Shown in pieces: positions 1-11,249 of a stretch of 64,000 nucleotides of DNA. Origin of the DNA: an uncultured Chitinophaga sp. (GTDB taxonomy: Bacteria; Bacteroidota; Bacteroidia; Chitinophagales; LD1); NCBI GenBank assembly GCA_964631835.1, contig CAZWAD010000012.1:29916-93915 (forward strand), given 5' to 3'. Under the pieces are notes generated by a model, which saw nothing but the letters and a program-made list of their open reading frames with translations, did no database searches and was not told where the DNA came from. Numbering within the stretch: position 1 is the first letter of the stretch; each line of letters starts with the position of its first letter. The position numbers were made by a program, and so were the translations under genes.

Positions 1-371
1 TCAGTAAAGACAAACTTACAGCGGTAGTGAGTTCGGTTACTTCTGGTAAAAAAGAAAAAGGCGGCACCTATAAAGATACGCTTACCTTGTACAGACAAGG
101 GAAAAAAGCTGAAGAGATTGCGGCTATGCGCTCACTCACGGTAGGAACCATCAAAGGTCATTTCGCTAAATGGATATTGACCGGGGATATAAAAGTTTAT
201 GATGTTCTTCCTTCAGAAATTATTCAGCCTATTGAAAAATTCCTGACGGAAAGCAATGAAAAAAATGTTGCGGCTGTATTCAGGAAGTTTGGAGACAAAT
301 ATGATGGCGGTGATGTGAGGATGGTTTTAAATCATTTAGAAAGAAAGTCGAAGACCAAAGTGTTTCAATAG
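1..371 (+). CDS. C-terminal fragment of a helicase-associated helix-turn-helix domain protein (N-terminus outside window)
   Basis: The frame is open from base 3 to TAG 369-371, so the GTG at 27 in the track is internal. 'RSLTVGTIKGHFAKWILTGDI' resembles the small C-terminal HTH module that ends many Bacteroidota PIF1/RecD-type helicases. This is recall-based. Confidence 0.45.
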   Translation, partial: SKDKLTAVVSSVTSGKKEKGGTYKDTLTLYRQGKKAEEIAAMRSLTVGTIKGHFAKWILTGDIKVYDVLPSEIIQPIEKFLTESNEKNVAAVFRKFGDKYDGGDVRMVLNHLERKSKTKVFQ

Positions 372-552
372 TATCTAACGCTTCTGATGTTACCTTTGTA
401 ACTGACAGACTTAACATAATAATTACTTCATTTTTAGCCAGTCATTTTCTCCCTTTCATAAACAACAAAGTTTCCCAACTTCAAATGCTAGCTTCAGTTT
501 AGGCATGAGTAAATTAAGGATTATTATCTTTACGATAAATAAGAACCTACCT

Positions 553-2778
553 ATGAAAACTGGCTTTATTACTTCTGTGTTGCTATTTGCAGCTCTAAAT
601 GTTACTGCGCAAGAAATGCGCGTTAAAAAGTTTAACCTTTCAACGTTTCGCTCAAATGAGAAAATTTTTTCTGAATTACTTGAAAAAAACTCATCATCAA
701 AAGACAGACAACATCCGGAGTATGGCATTTTACCTTTTAATGCGCCATGCACCGAATGTGTTGAATTGATTGATAGACGGACCGTTGATTCCCGTTTGTT
801 TATTGACCCGAACAATGACGGTCATACTTATTCGCAGAAATCTTATTTCCCGTTTCATTTCAAAAAAGACGAAATTGATGTGTGGAGGACTATTGACCCG
901 CGGTTGAAGCAGAAAACAAACGGGGTATATGTTGCCGATGAGCAACCGGTGCCTGCTAAGTGCGACCTGAACCGGAGAACTACCACGCTTACAGTGGCTG
1001 GAACGGAGTTTGAGTTCAACAAAAATCTTTTACTCTATTTTTTAAGTGACAGCCTCATCGGTTCTGCTAAACAAACGGGTAACTATGCTGACTATTCGAT
1101 AGGTGAAGAGGGACTGAGCGTAAAAAATATGTGGAACGGAATTGATATGGAGCAGATTTTTTCGACCGGAGAAATAAAAACCAACTACATTATTTCTTCT
1201 CCGCTACATTTGCCTTTTACAAACGGGTGGATGGTGATTGAAGACCACTTTACCTTGCCCGAAGGCTTTACTATTCAAGAGTCCGAAGAGGGAATTCATG
1301 CAACACAAGGTTATTTTACCGGTGATTGTTTGATTAAGAACGAGAAAAATGAAACTGTTATAACCTATAAAAAGCCTGTTTACCTTGATACGCGTGTATA
1401 TGGAATAACTGGCGTACATAATTTGCTTGTAAACGGAAACGATTACACGCTGCAAATGCTGATACCTGTTGAGTGGCTTAGTAATCCGGGTAACGTTTAT
1501 CCTTTAATCATTGACCCAATTGTAACTGGAAGAAACAAAATCGGAGATTATTATACAACCGGAAGTCCTATTGCCAATTTTGCCTTTACATCTATGGCTT
1601 TAGGCAGTTGCGATTATCACATGTCTGTATTAGTGCCCGGGAGAAGTGAGATTAAAAATGTGTACGCTGCTTTGGAATACAGACTTATGTTCGACCCTGC
1701 GTGTGGTAACCCTCCCCTGCCTGCCCCTTTTTGTACTTTCTCGCAAGTAAAGCAGGAAATAATTTGCGACAACTGCGGAACTACTTCGGGGTTTCTGGGC
1801 TGTAACCCCGCCAGTCCGCCATTTACCGGTTACTGCACCACTGATTCCAATTTTGTTTCTGCCGCGGCTGAAATTAAAATCAATACTACCGTACCCTCTT
1901 ATTTAAGTTGCCTGGCCCCTCAATGTGCCGACCACCTGATAAATTTTACGCTTAAGAACCGCGACTCTATTTGCGGTGACGTGTGTGGCTATTTATGCGC
2001 TAATGGACATATATGGCAAATGACGGTAGAAGCTGAAAGAGTAGGTGGAACTATCTCTCCAACACATACTCAGGCATGTGCCGGTGATTCTGTAACTATC
2101 ACCGCACATCCAAAGGGCGGAGTACCGCCTTATACTTATTTATGGACTACAGATAATGGTCAAACCTTTGATACCATTGTCGGCTCAAATTTATTTACTA
2201 TTCAACCTGAGCAAGACATATTTATTGCTTGTATAATTGCAGATAGTTGTGCTGAAATTGCAATTACTAATGATGTAGTTATCTACGTTTATCCTAAACC
2301 TGCAGTAATTCTTTTAGGAGATACGCTTGTTTGTTCATGCACTAATTGTTCTTTTCAATGGTATAGGAACGATACCTTGTTAGCAGGTGATACGCTCAAT
2401 TACTATGTTCCTGTTCAACCCGGTTATTACAAAGTTTATGTACTCGATTCGTACGGCTGCTTACAATTTTCAAATACATTCCCTTACCAGGTGAGCAGCA
2501 TTAAACAGGTTGAAAGCGATGAGCAAAATATTTCAATAGTACCCAATCCCTCTGATGGTAACTTTACCATTTACAGGCTTAATGAGGATAATAACAGACC
2601 CTTTTCGCTGAAAATATTCGATGCTGCAGGTAAATTGCTGGAAACGAGAAGAAATTTACATTTCCTAAACAATATTTACAACTACCAACCGGCTTATGGA
2701 ATGCTTTCAGGTAATTATATTATAGAAATAGAGTCAGGTAATCGGTTTTTGAGAAAGAAAGTAGCTGTTCGCTATTGA
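553..2778 (+). CDS. secreted Cys-rich protein of unknown function with T9SS C-terminal sorting domain
   Basis: ATG 553 gives the signal peptide MKTGFITSVLLFAALNVTAQ. There is an Ig-like segment ('GGVPPYTYLWTTDNG'). The C-terminal 'ISIVPNPSDGNFTIY...IIEIESGNRFLRKKVAV' fits a T9SS type A CTD. Confidence 0.7.
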   Translation: MKTGFITSVLLFAALNVTAQEMRVKKFNLSTFRSNEKIFSELLEKNSSSKDRQHPEYGILPFNAPCTECVELIDRRTVDSRLFIDPNNDGHTYSQKSYFPFHFKKDEIDVWRTIDPRLKQKTNGVYVADEQPVPAKCDLNRRTTTLTVAGTEFEFNKNLLLYFLSDSLIGSAKQTGNYADYSIGEEGLSVKNMWNGIDMEQIFSTGEIKTNYIISSPLHLPFTNGWMVIEDHFTLPEGFTIQESEEGIHATQGYFTGDCLIKNEKNETVITYKKPVYLDTRVYGITGVHNLLVNGNDYTLQMLIPVEWLSNPGNVYPLIIDPIVTGRNKIGDYYTTGSPIANFAFTSMALGSCDYHMSVLVPGRSEIKNVYAALEYRLMFDPACGNPPLPAPFCTFSQVKQEIICDNCGTTSGFLGCNPASPPFTGYCTTDSNFVSAAAEIKINTTVPSYLSCLAPQCADHLINFTLKNRDSICGDVCGYLCANGHIWQMTVEAERVGGTISPTHTQACAGDSVTITAHPKGGVPPYTYLWTTDNGQTFDTIVGSNLFTIQPEQDIFIACIIADSCAEIAITNDVVIYVYPKPAVILLGDTLVCSCTNCSFQWYRNDTLLAGDTLNYYVPVQPGYYKVYVLDSYGCLQFSNTFPYQVSSIKQVESDEQNISIVPNPSDGNFTIYRLNEDNNRPFSLKIFDAAGKLLETRRNLHFLNNIYNYQPAYGMLSGNYIIEIESGNRFLRKKVAVRY

Positions 2779-2863
2779 TTTGGCTTGTGTCAAAAGTTAT
2801 CCAACTTCAATAAACAACTCAGCGAATTTCCGCCAACAAGTTTTCAATTCCCCTCATTCCTTC

Positions 2864-2871
2864 TAAATTTG
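2864..2871 (+). promoter_or_regulatory. Bacteroidota sigma-A -7 box (TAAATTTG) upstream of aconitase
   Basis: Exact match to the TAnnTTTG consensus, 57 nt upstream of ATG 2928. Confidence 0.4.
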
Positions 2872-2927
2872 CGCCCGCTTTGGTTTTGTTTAACAACTAA
2901 ATACTTACTACTCAACACTTCTTAGAA

Positions 2928-5195
2928 ATGGCATTCGATATTGAAATGATAAGGAAGGTTTACGCAGAGTTGCCTTCAAAAATAGCAGCAGCAAGAAAGG
3001 TTCTTAATCGTCCTCTTACTCTAACTGAAAAAATTCTTTATTCTCATTTACACGCTGAACAGAAACTTGAAGATTTTCATCGCGGCAAAAGCTATGTTGA
3101 TTTTGCTCCCGACCGCGTAGCTATGCAGGATGCAACAGCCCAAATGGCTTTGTTGCAATTTATGCAGGCCGGTCGCCCGAAAGTTGCTGTTCCTTCAACC
3201 GTTCACTGCGACCATTTAATTACTGCAAAAGACGGCTCAAAAACTGACTTGGCTGCAGCTACTTCCGGTAACAAAGAGGTTTATGATTTTCTTGCCTCGG
3301 TTTCTAACAAGTACGGAATTGGCTTCTGGAAACCAGGTGCGGGAATTATTCACCAGATTGTTTTGGAAAACTATGCTTTCCCTGGTGGAATGATGATTGG
3401 AACTGATTCGCACACGGTAAATGCGGGAGGTCTTGGAATGGTGGCTATCGGAGTTGGCGGTGCCGATGCATGTGATGTTATGGCCGGGCTCGCCTGGGAG
3501 TTGAAACAACCCAAGCTTATTGGTGTAAAACTTACCGGCAAGCTCAACGGTTGGGCTTCCCCCAAAGATGTAATTCTGAAAGTAGCGGGAATCCTTACAG
3601 TAAAAGGCGGAACCGGAGCTATTGTGGAATACTTTGGAGAAGGCGCTGTGGCGATGAGCTGCACCGGTAAGGGGACGATTTGCAACATGGGTGCTGAAAT
3701 AGGAGCCACCACTTCGACTTTTGGTTACGATGAAAGTATGGACAGGTATTTGCGCGCCACCGGACGTGCTGATGTAGCAGACTTGGCAAACACAGTGAAA
3801 GAACATTTAACTGCCGATGCCGAGGTTTATGCTGAGCCGAAAAAATATTTCGACCAGTTAATTGAGATAAATCTCTCTGAATTAGAGCCTCACCTAAACG
3901 GACCTTTCACTCCCGATTTAGCAACACCGGTTTCTAAGATGAAGGAAGAAGCAGCTAAAAACGATTGGCCCACTAAAGTTCAGGTTGGCTTGATTGGAAG
4001 CTGTACCAATTCGTCTTATGAAGATATTTCCCGCGCAGTTTCACTGGCAAAGCAAGTGGCGGCTAAAAACCTGAAAGCAAAAGCTGAGTTCAGTATTACT
4101 CCGGGTTCTGAGCAGATTCGTTACACTATTGAGCGCGATGGATTCATTGAAACGTTCAACAAAATCGGTGCAACCGTTTACGCCAATGCCTGCGGACCTT
4201 GTATTGGTATGTGGGCTCGTGCCGGTGCCGATAAGAAAGAGAAAAATACCATTGTTCATTCCTTTAACCGCAACTTTGCAAAACGCAATGACGGCAATCC
4301 GAACACACTTGCGTTTGTCGCTTCACCGGAATTGACAACTGCTCTGGCAATTGCCGGTGATTTGACTTTTAATCCGATTACCGATTATCTTACTAATGAA
4401 AAGGGTGAAAAGGTAAAACTTGACCCGCCAACCGGTGATGAATTACCAACAAAAGGTTTTGCGGTAGAAGATGCCGGTTTCGTTGCGCCAGTAGGTGACG
4501 GAAGCAAGATTGAAGTAGTTGTTTCACCAACCTCCGACAGGTTGCAACTTCTTGCACCATTCCCTGCTTGGGAAGGAACGGATTTGAAGGGATTAAAGCT
4601 GTTGATTAAAGCAAAAGGCAAATGCACCACCGACCACATTTCTATGGCAGGTCCTTGGCTGAAATACCGAGGACATCTGGATAACATCAGCAACAACATG
4701 CTGATTGGCGCAGAAAATTTTTTCAATCAAAAAGCTAATTCGGTGAAAAACCAAATTACCGGTGAATATAACGAAGTGCCAAAAGTTCAGCGCGCATACA
4801 AGGCTGCGGGAATTGGTTCAATCGTAGTTGGCGATGAAAATTATGGTGAAGGTTCAAGCCGCGAACATGCTGCTATGGAACCTCGTTTCCTCGGTGTTCG
4901 TGCTATACTCGTTAAATCATTCGCCCGTATTCATGAAACCAATCTGAAAAAACAGGGAATGCTGGCGCTTACATTTGTAAATAAAGAAGATTATAATAAA
5001 GTACAGGAAGATGACACTATTGATATTCTTGGTTTAACTTCATTTTCGCCCGGGAAACATCTGACCATTCAACTTACTCATAAAGACGGAAGCAAAGAAT
5101 CTTTTGAAGCAGCCCATACTTACAACGAGGCTCAAATTGAATGGTTCAAAGCAGGGGCTGCTCTGAACATTATCAGGAAACAGGTGGCGGGTTAG
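2928..5195 (+). CDS. acnA: aconitate hydratase (755 aa, mitochondrial-type aconitase)
   Basis: Aconitase signatures are present: '[13 protein letters not shown]', 'IGTDSHT', '[10 protein letters not shown]', '[10 protein letters not shown]' (Fe-S cluster Cys ligands) and the swivel-domain motif '[10 protein letters not shown]'. Confidence 0.95.
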   Translation: MAFDIEMIRKVYAELPSKIAAARKVLNRPLTLTEKILYSHLHAEQKLEDFHRGKSYVDFAPDRVAMQDATAQMALLQFMQAGRPKVAVPSTVHCDHLITAKDGSKTDLAAATSGNKEVYDFLASVSNKYGIGFWKPGAGIIHQIVLENYAFPGGMMIGTDSHTVNAGGLGMVAIGVGGADACDVMAGLAWELKQPKLIGVKLTGKLNGWASPKDVILKVAGILTVKGGTGAIVEYFGEGAVAMSCTGKGTICNMGAEIGATTSTFGYDESMDRYLRATGRADVADLANTVKEHLTADAEVYAEPKKYFDQLIEINLSELEPHLNGPFTPDLATPVSKMKEEAAKNDWPTKVQVGLIGSCTNSSYEDISRAVSLAKQVAAKNLKAKAEFSITPGSEQIRYTIERDGFIETFNKIGATVYANACGPCIGMWARAGADKKEKNTIVHSFNRNFAKRNDGNPNTLAFVASPELTTALAIAGDLTFNPITDYLTNEKGEKVKLDPPTGDELPTKGFAVEDAGFVAPVGDGSKIEVVVSPTSDRLQLLAPFPAWEGTDLKGLKLLIKAKGKCTTDHISMAGPWLKYRGHLDNISNNMLIGAENFFNQKANSVKNQITGEYNEVPKVQRAYKAAGIGSIVVGDENYGEGSSREHAAMEPRFLGVRAILVKSFARIHETNLKKQGMLALTFVNKEDYNKVQEDDTIDILGLTSFSPGKHLTIQLTHKDGSKESFEAAHTYNEAQIEWFKAGAALNIIRKQVAG

Positions 5196-5563
5196 AAAAA
5201 CCTTGTCAATAAAACAGCGCTGAAAGTTGCCAGAAGACCCGCAAATATGCTGGAAGCAACATAAGCAAACGCATACCAAAACTGTCCGTCTCGGAAAAGC
5301 AGAATGGTTTCGTTGGAAAAAGCCGAGAAGGTGGTAAAGCCTCCGAGAATTCCGGTCACCAAAAACAATTGCCAGTTCATACTTACACTTCCACGTTCGC
5401 TCAATCCGAAAATCAAACCGATTAAAAAGCAGCCGGCAATGTTTACACTTAAAGTGCCTAACGGGAATGGAAACTGGATTTTGCTTTGAACAAACTGCGA
5501 AAGCAGATAGCGCAACACTCCGCCAATAAAACTTCCACTGCCAATAAGCAATAATAGCTTCAT
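5192..5563 (-). CDS. crcB: fluoride ion channel CrcB/FluC
   Basis: Small four-TM protein with '[10 protein letters not shown]' and '[12 protein letters not shown]' motifs. ATG at 5563 is preferred over the track's TTG at 5572. Its stop overlaps the aconitase stop (TTAG, convergent). Confidence 0.9.
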   Translation of the reverse strand: MKLLLLIGSGSFIGGVLRYLLSQFVQSKIQFPFPLGTLSVNIAGCFLIGLIFGLSERGSVSMNWQLFLVTGILGGFTTFSAFSNETILLFRDGQFWYAFAYVASSIFAGLLATFSAVLLTRFF

Positions 5564-5671
5564 GGGGAACAAATATACGAATCTGCTTACCCGAACACTG
5601 TATGAAAAAAATTATTTGGCGAATCTGTTTCTGATTACTACTTTTAATTATTCTTCCTAAAACCTAATGCT

Positions 5672-7258
5672 ATGAAAAAAATATTTACCCCCCTCTTTCT
5701 TCTGCTCCCGTATTTATTTTTTGCGCAAGTAGGTGGTCTCAATAACCTACTAGTGAAAGTAGATAACAACGATAACAGCAATTACCTGATAGTGCCCATG
5801 CCCGATGGAGGCAGCCTGATGGTATCAAGAAATGATTATGACCCCAATGTTATCCGCCTTGATAATCTCAATCAGGTGCAGTGGTCGAAAGTATTTGACA
5901 ATATGAGCGGGTACCTTTTGTACGATGCGGGCTCCTACCACGATAACAGTATTTATCTTATTTACTGGCAAAACGGAAAGTTTGTTGTTCTTAAACTTGA
6001 CGCACAGGGAGCGGTGTTATGGGTTGACGAGTTCAGTTTGGGTGCCGACCCGTATTTATACACCACCGTTGCTCAACTAACCACAAATGGCAGCTTGTAT
6101 TTCGCTCCGAGTGTGCAGGATAGGGTGGTGGCCATCGCGCTTGATTCAATGGGAGGGGTGAGGCACGCCACCGCATCTTCTGTATTGGGTAGTTTTAAGA
6201 TTCCCGGTCTTGGAGTTGGTTTAGGTTCTTTCGGTGGAGGTTACTTGGTGGCCGGTAAAAATGAAGGGAATCCAATTGAGATTTTTTTTGACGCAAACGG
6301 TAGTGTTACCGGTACAAATCAGTACTCTAACGGGTTTTACAATCGTCCATATTCAGTTATATCTACCTCCGATGGAAACTATTTAATAGGCGGTTTGATA
6401 CAAAACCCGATACCCGGACAATACATTGGCGGTTTTCTGCGAAAAGTAACTCCCACCGGAACCGAGCTTTGGTCGAGAAGATATTCAGGTACTGTAGATG
6501 CCGCCAGCCAAACCAAACTCGATGGCTTTATCCAGATAGTTGAAAATGCCGACCATACTATTTCAGCATTGAGCTCGGACTTCGAGCAGTTTACTGCATC
6601 TGCACATTATTCAGCTATTGTAAATTTTGACAGCGCTGGTCATGTAATTTATGCAACAGCCCAGCCTGCTGATATGGTCAATTATGAATACCCGAAATTA
6701 TTTCTCCTGCCCGGCTGGCAAGTGCGAATGAGCGCTTATGATTATGATTCGTCAACTATGACCTCGCACCCCATGCTCATTGCTCCTGACTGGATGTCGA
6801 GGTCAACCTATTACTGCAAGTCACATTCTTTTACCGTTACTGAAAGCACTATGCCCACTTCCACCCCGGTGGCAATAACATTTACTACACAGTCCCTACC
6901 CGCTCCTTCTCATCCAAGTATTACCACCCACGATACTACTTTGGCCATTACAACCAAAGCGCTTTGCTCAGCTACTACCGGAATGGGTACAGAGCCCAAA
7001 CAAATTGCCCTTTCTCTTTCACCCAACCCTGCTTCAACTGCCGATGTGGTATCCATAAAATGGGAAAGCCATCAGTTCACAATTTCTGAAATCCTGCTGC
7101 GCGATTTCAGCGGAAGAGTTTTGAAGCGTATCCAACCGGATGGAAAAAATGAAGTTTCGTTTGCTATAGATAATCTTAGTGCAGGATTATACTCTGTAGA
7201 GGTTTGGAATAATACTAACGAAAAGGCCGGAGTGAAAAAGCTGGTTATATCACAGTAA
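5672..7258 (+). CDS. secreted hypothetical protein with T9SS C-terminal sorting domain
   Basis: Signal peptide MKKIFTPLFLLLPYLFFAQ. C-terminal 'LSLSPNPASTADVVSIKW...GLYSVEVWNNTNEKAGVKKLVISQ' is CTD-like. No catalytic motif recognised. Confidence 0.7.
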   Translation: MKKIFTPLFLLLPYLFFAQVGGLNNLLVKVDNNDNSNYLIVPMPDGGSLMVSRNDYDPNVIRLDNLNQVQWSKVFDNMSGYLLYDAGSYHDNSIYLIYWQNGKFVVLKLDAQGAVLWVDEFSLGADPYLYTTVAQLTTNGSLYFAPSVQDRVVAIALDSMGGVRHATASSVLGSFKIPGLGVGLGSFGGGYLVAGKNEGNPIEIFFDANGSVTGTNQYSNGFYNRPYSVISTSDGNYLIGGLIQNPIPGQYIGGFLRKVTPTGTELWSRRYSGTVDAASQTKLDGFIQIVENADHTISALSSDFEQFTASAHYSAIVNFDSAGHVIYATAQPADMVNYEYPKLFLLPGWQVRMSAYDYDSSTMTSHPMLIAPDWMSRSTYYCKSHSFTVTESTMPTSTPVAITFTTQSLPAPSHPSITTHDTTLAITTKALCSATTGMGTEPKQIALSLSPNPASTADVVSIKWESHQFTISEILLRDFSGRVLKRIQPDGKNEVSFAIDNLSAGLYSVEVWNNTNEKAGVKKLVISQ

Positions 7259-7279
7259 TACCTAAAGCCTGAAAAATTA

Positions 7280-7305
7280 AGCGCAGGAAACCCTGTGCTT
7301 TTTTA
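7280..7305 (+). terminator. rho-independent terminator after 5672-7258
   Basis: Stem AGCGCAGG / CCTGTGCT (one G-U pair), loop AAAC, followed by TTTTTT. Confidence 0.6.
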
Positions 7306-7379
7306 TTCGCCTAAAAATAAATGTAAGCACTTACATTTCTAAAAAATCTTTTTACTTTGGCGTCCTAATTATCAGCGCC

Positions 7380-8114
7380 ATGAACAATATTTTTTCTCTT
7401 GTCTTTTTGCTTTCTTCTTCTCTTTTGTATTCTCAAACAGCCGATGATATTATTGCCAAATATTTTGCTGCCACCGGTGGTGTTGAAAAATGGAACAGGG
7501 TAACAAGCATTAAAACTTCCGGCTACTACGTCATGGGTCCCGGAATGAACGCACCGGTCAGCGAGGTTCAAATCAACAAACCATTTCTCGGGCATTACAA
7601 CGACTTTACCTGGCAGGGAATGACCAACAAAAGCTCGATGCGTGCTGACAGCGGATGGACATACAACCCCTTTGGCGGCAAACGCGAAACCGACCCGATG
7701 AGCGCGGAGCAAATCAAGCGCGACAAACTGGAAGCCGACCCGCAGGGATTGCTGCTCAACTATAAATCGAAAGAGTATACTGTTGATTTTCTCGGAAGCG
7801 ATGACATGGACGGCACGGATGTTTTCAAACTCAGGCTTACAACTAAGGAAGGCGACATGATTTACTACTATTTCGATGCTGAGACATATTACCTCCTCAA
7901 AGTTTCAAAGCGGCTGAAGTTTAAAGATAAAGAGGAGAAATCGAGTATTGTGTTTTCCGATTTCAGAAAAACAGATTACGGAATCATTCTGCCGTTTGCT
8001 GCACAACAAGTAGACGATAACGGGGCTGAACAGGGAGGACCGGTGACGATTGCAAAGATTGAAGTAAACGGAACTGTTGATTTAACGGTATTCGACAAAC
8101 CGAAAAACCCCTAA
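7380..8114 (+). CDS. secreted LolA-like / outer-membrane lipoprotein-sorting-like hypothetical protein
   Basis: Signal peptide MNNIFSLVFLLSSSLLYSQ. The N-terminal 'ADDIIAKYFAATGGVEKWNRVTSIK' pattern is typical of this beta-rich family. Recall-based. Confidence 0.55.
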   Translation: MNNIFSLVFLLSSSLLYSQTADDIIAKYFAATGGVEKWNRVTSIKTSGYYVMGPGMNAPVSEVQINKPFLGHYNDFTWQGMTNKSSMRADSGWTYNPFGGKRETDPMSAEQIKRDKLEADPQGLLLNYKSKEYTVDFLGSDDMDGTDVFKLRLTTKEGDMIYYYFDAETYYLLKVSKRLKFKDKEEKSSIVFSDFRKTDYGIILPFAAQQVDDNGAEQGGPVTIAKIEVNGTVDLTVFDKPKNP

Positions 8115-8165
8115 AATCCCCTAAAGGGGACTTGAATACAAAATGCAAATCCTAAATTTCAGACT

Positions 8166-11100
8166 ATGAAACGAATAATTTCTATCGCAATAGTTTCTCT
8201 TGTTGTAGTAACTCTTTTTGCCCAGAAAGGAAAAGCAAAGGCAGCTCCTGCTCCGCAAACTGCTAACGTAAAACTCACTTCTGCAGCGCTCGGAAAATTT
8301 GAAGCACGTTGTATCGGCTCGGCATCAACCAGCGGACGAATTACCGCCATTGACGGCTACAATGCTGACCCACGCATTATTTATGTAGGCAGTGCAGGTG
8401 GAGGGATTTGGAAAACAACTAACGGAGGAATGAGCTTTGTTCCCGTTTTCGACAAGCATTGCCAAAGCATAGGTGCGGTGGCTGTTGACCAAACTAATTC
8501 CGATGTGGTTTGGGTGGGCACCGGTGAAAGCAACATGCGTAACACGGTTTCTATCGGCAATGGTATTTACAAAACGACCGATGGCGGTGAGAACTGGGTA
8601 TTTATGGGCTTGTCCGAAAGCGAGCACATCAGCAAAGTGGTGATTCACCCGAGAGACCCCAATACAATTTTTGTAGCAGTTCCGGGAAAACTTTATAGCA
8701 ACAGCAATGAGCGCGGGCTTTATAAAACAACTGATGGAGGAAAGACATGGAACAAAATTCTCTTCACCAACGATTCAACCGGTTGTGCCGATTTTGTTTT
8801 GAATCCCACAAATCCTGATGTGATGTATGCCAGCATGTGGCAGTTTCGCAGAAAACCTTTTTCGTTTTCATCCGGTGGCCCAGGCTCGGCAGTAATGAAA
8901 AGTTCTGACGGAGGAAAAACATGGAAAAAAATTCATACCGGTTTGCCTGCCGGTGATATTGGTCGGGCGGCACTTGCTATTGCTCCTTCAGCACCCGATA
9001 ACATTGTGGCGATTGTAGAAAGCAAAAAGACAAGCCTCTTCCTTTCCACCGATGCCGGTGAAACCTGGAAAGAGCAAGGCGCTGATGATAATGTATGCGC
9101 CCGCCCTTTCTATTTCTCTACACTTGTTGTTGACCCGGTTGATGCAAAAAGAGTTTACCGTCCTGCCTTCCAGTTTTCGTTTAGTGAAGATGGAGGGCAT
9201 AGCTGGGTAAATGCACAGCAAGCCAGCGGGTGGGTTCATGTAGATATGCACGCACTTTGGATTAACCCGAAAAATACATCGCACATGTATGTTGGAACCG
9301 ATGGCGGAGTTTATACTTCTGTTGACCGCGGTAACAATTGGATGTTCCTTCCTAACTTACCGGTGTCGCAGTTCTATCATGTACAGGTTGACGACCGCGA
9401 CCCGTATCATGTTTATGGCGGCTTGCAGGACAACGGCACCTGGCGCGTTCCTTCGCAAAAGAGCGGAGGCATTAAAAATGGCGACTGGACTTTTGTAAGC
9501 TGGGGTGATGGCTTCTGGGTGCAGCCCGATTACGAAGACCACGATATTGTTTACAGCGAATACCAGGGCGGCCATGCCCAGCGCGTTGATATGCGCACCA
9601 GCCAAAGTCAGGATATTCAGCCAAAGGAAGGAGAGAATGATCCGAAGTTCCGGTTCAATTGGAATACCCCTATTTACCGCAGCCCGAACAGCACCAAAAG
9701 AATTTACATGGCTTCGCAGTTTTTGTTTCGCAGCGATAACCGAGGAGTTACCTGGCAAAAGATTTCGGGTGACCTAACTACCAATGACCCTGAGAAGCAG
9801 AAACAGGAAGAAAGTGGTGGCATGACTGCCGACAATACTTCAGCCGAAAACCACTGCACTATTTTCACCATTGCCGAAAGCCCGCTGGATATGAATATAC
9901 TTTTTGCCGGTACCGATGACGGCAATCTTCAACTGACTACCGATGGAGGAAAAACATGGACTAACCTTTCGGGTAACATTAAAGCCACCGGTATTCCGGC
10001 ACAAACATGGGTAAGCTCCATTGAGCCTTCGCGGTTTGATAAGAATATAGTGTACGCCACTTTCGATAACCACATGTATGGCGATATGAAAACTTACTGT
10101 GCTGTTTCGCGCGATATGGGAAAAACGTGGACGAAGTTTTCATCTGAGAACTTTAAAGGCTATGCGCATAAAATCAAAGAAGATTTAGTGAGCAAGGATT
10201 TGCTTTTCCTCGGTACTGAAATGGGCTTGTATGTTTCTATTGATGGCGGAGTAAACTGGGTTCAAATGAAAAGCCGCATTCCTGAATACTGCTTAGTGCG
10301 CGACATTGTGATTGAGCCCCGCACCAATGATTTAGTTCTTGGTACACACGGCAGAGGTATTCTCATTGTAGATGATATTTCTCCGCTGCGTAAAGTCAAC
10401 CAACAGTTGCTGAATTCAGATGTAGCCGTTATTCCCACCAAGCCTACACCGGTTTGTAATCCTCACTTCGGTGGTTCGTTTGCGTATGCCGGTGAGTTTG
10501 TGGGCAATAATGCGAGCGAGGAAACACAAATTCTTTACTATCTGAAAAACCGCGTAAACAGCGGCCCGGTGACCGTTGAAATTTTTGACGACCAGGGAAA
10601 ACTGTTGGTTGAACTGCCCGGTACTAAGCGCAAAGGCATTAACCGTATTAGCTGGAATATGCGCACCAAGCCACCGCGTGTTGCCGAGGGCGGCTCTAAG
10701 GCGGACTGGACTTCAACCGTTGGGCCTTTTGTTCGCGAAGGGAAATACAAGGTGAAGGTGACTGTAAACGGGCAAACTGCCGAAGGTGAAATTGAGTTAA
10801 CTTCTGACCCGCGCAGTACTATTACCAAAGAGCAGCGTGAAGCTAACTACGCTGCGGTGGAACGCACTTTTAAAATGCAGGAAGAACTGGCAGTACTGAT
10901 GGATTCGGTTTTGACGGAGCAGAAACTGATTGCCGGTGATACAGCAGTGGCACCGGTTATCCGCGAATACTACGATAGCCTCGAAGCTATTCGCGCCACA
11001 CTTGTACCGGTAAAGACCGGGCGCAATGTTGGATTTGCCGATGAGGAGCGCCTGCGCGATAAGCTGAGCGATATTTACGGAGGCGTAAACTTTTACGAAG

Positions 11101-11249
11101 GCTTGCCTACCACTTCGCAATACGATGGCTTAAACCGCACCCAGCGCGACATCAATACCAACAAAACAAAACTGGAAGAACGCAAGAAAACGTATCGCCC
11201 AAAAGTGAAAGAGGAGTTGAGGAAGAAAGGGAAGAATGAGCCGTATTGA
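8166..11249 (+). CDS. sortilin/VPS10-like BNR (Asp-box) repeat beta-propeller protein
   Basis: Signal peptide, plus many Asp-box repeats: 'TTNGGMSF', 'TTDGGENW', 'TTDGGKTW' (three times), 'SSDGGKTW', 'STDAGETW', 'SEDGGHSW', 'SVDRGNNW', 'SIDGGVNW'. Confidence 0.85.
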   Translation: MKRIISIAIVSLVVVTLFAQKGKAKAAPAPQTANVKLTSAALGKFEARCIGSASTSGRITAIDGYNADPRIIYVGSAGGGIWKTTNGGMSFVPVFDKHCQSIGAVAVDQTNSDVVWVGTGESNMRNTVSIGNGIYKTTDGGENWVFMGLSESEHISKVVIHPRDPNTIFVAVPGKLYSNSNERGLYKTTDGGKTWNKILFTNDSTGCADFVLNPTNPDVMYASMWQFRRKPFSFSSGGPGSAVMKSSDGGKTWKKIHTGLPAGDIGRAALAIAPSAPDNIVAIVESKKTSLFLSTDAGETWKEQGADDNVCARPFYFSTLVVDPVDAKRVYRPAFQFSFSEDGGHSWVNAQQASGWVHVDMHALWINPKNTSHMYVGTDGGVYTSVDRGNNWMFLPNLPVSQFYHVQVDDRDPYHVYGGLQDNGTWRVPSQKSGGIKNGDWTFVSWGDGFWVQPDYEDHDIVYSEYQGGHAQRVDMRTSQSQDIQPKEGENDPKFRFNWNTPIYRSPNSTKRIYMASQFLFRSDNRGVTWQKISGDLTTNDPEKQKQEESGGMTADNTSAENHCTIFTIAESPLDMNILFAGTDDGNLQLTTDGGKTWTNLSGNIKATGIPAQTWVSSIEPSRFDKNIVYATFDNHMYGDMKTYCAVSRDMGKTWTKFSSENFKGYAHKIKEDLVSKDLLFLGTEMGLYVSIDGGVNWVQMKSRIPEYCLVRDIVIEPRTNDLVLGTHGRGILIVDDISPLRKVNQQLLNSDVAVIPTKPTPVCNPHFGGSFAYAGEFVGNNASEETQILYYLKNRVNSGPVTVEIFDDQGKLLVELPGTKRKGINRISWNMRTKPPRVAEGGSKADWTSTVGPFVREGKYKVKVTVNGQTAEGEIELTSDPRSTITKEQREANYAAVERTFKMQEELAVLMDSVLTEQKLIAGDTAVAPVIREYYDSLEAIRATLVPVKTGRNVGFADEERLRDKLSDIYGGVNFYEGLPTTSQYDGLNRTQRDINTNKTKLEERKKTYRPKVKEELRKKGKNEPY

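Noticed and set aside
3237-4726. Antisense and alternate-frame ORFs nested in the aconitase gene (3237-3806, 3371-3712, 4041-4259, 4129-4335, 4385-4726)
   Set aside because: They lie entirely within a strongly supported CDS, have low-complexity Ser/Pro/Thr-rich translations and show no motifs. They are typical shadow ORFs.
5564-5671. Fluoride riboswitch (crcB motif) upstream of crcB
   Set aside because: The minus-strand leader lacks the GGCGAUGG...CGCC...AAAC...CUAAUGA.CCUAC pattern. The only reminiscent string (GGCGAATCTGTTTCTGATTACTAC) is on the wrong strand and too short to form the pseudoknotted fold.
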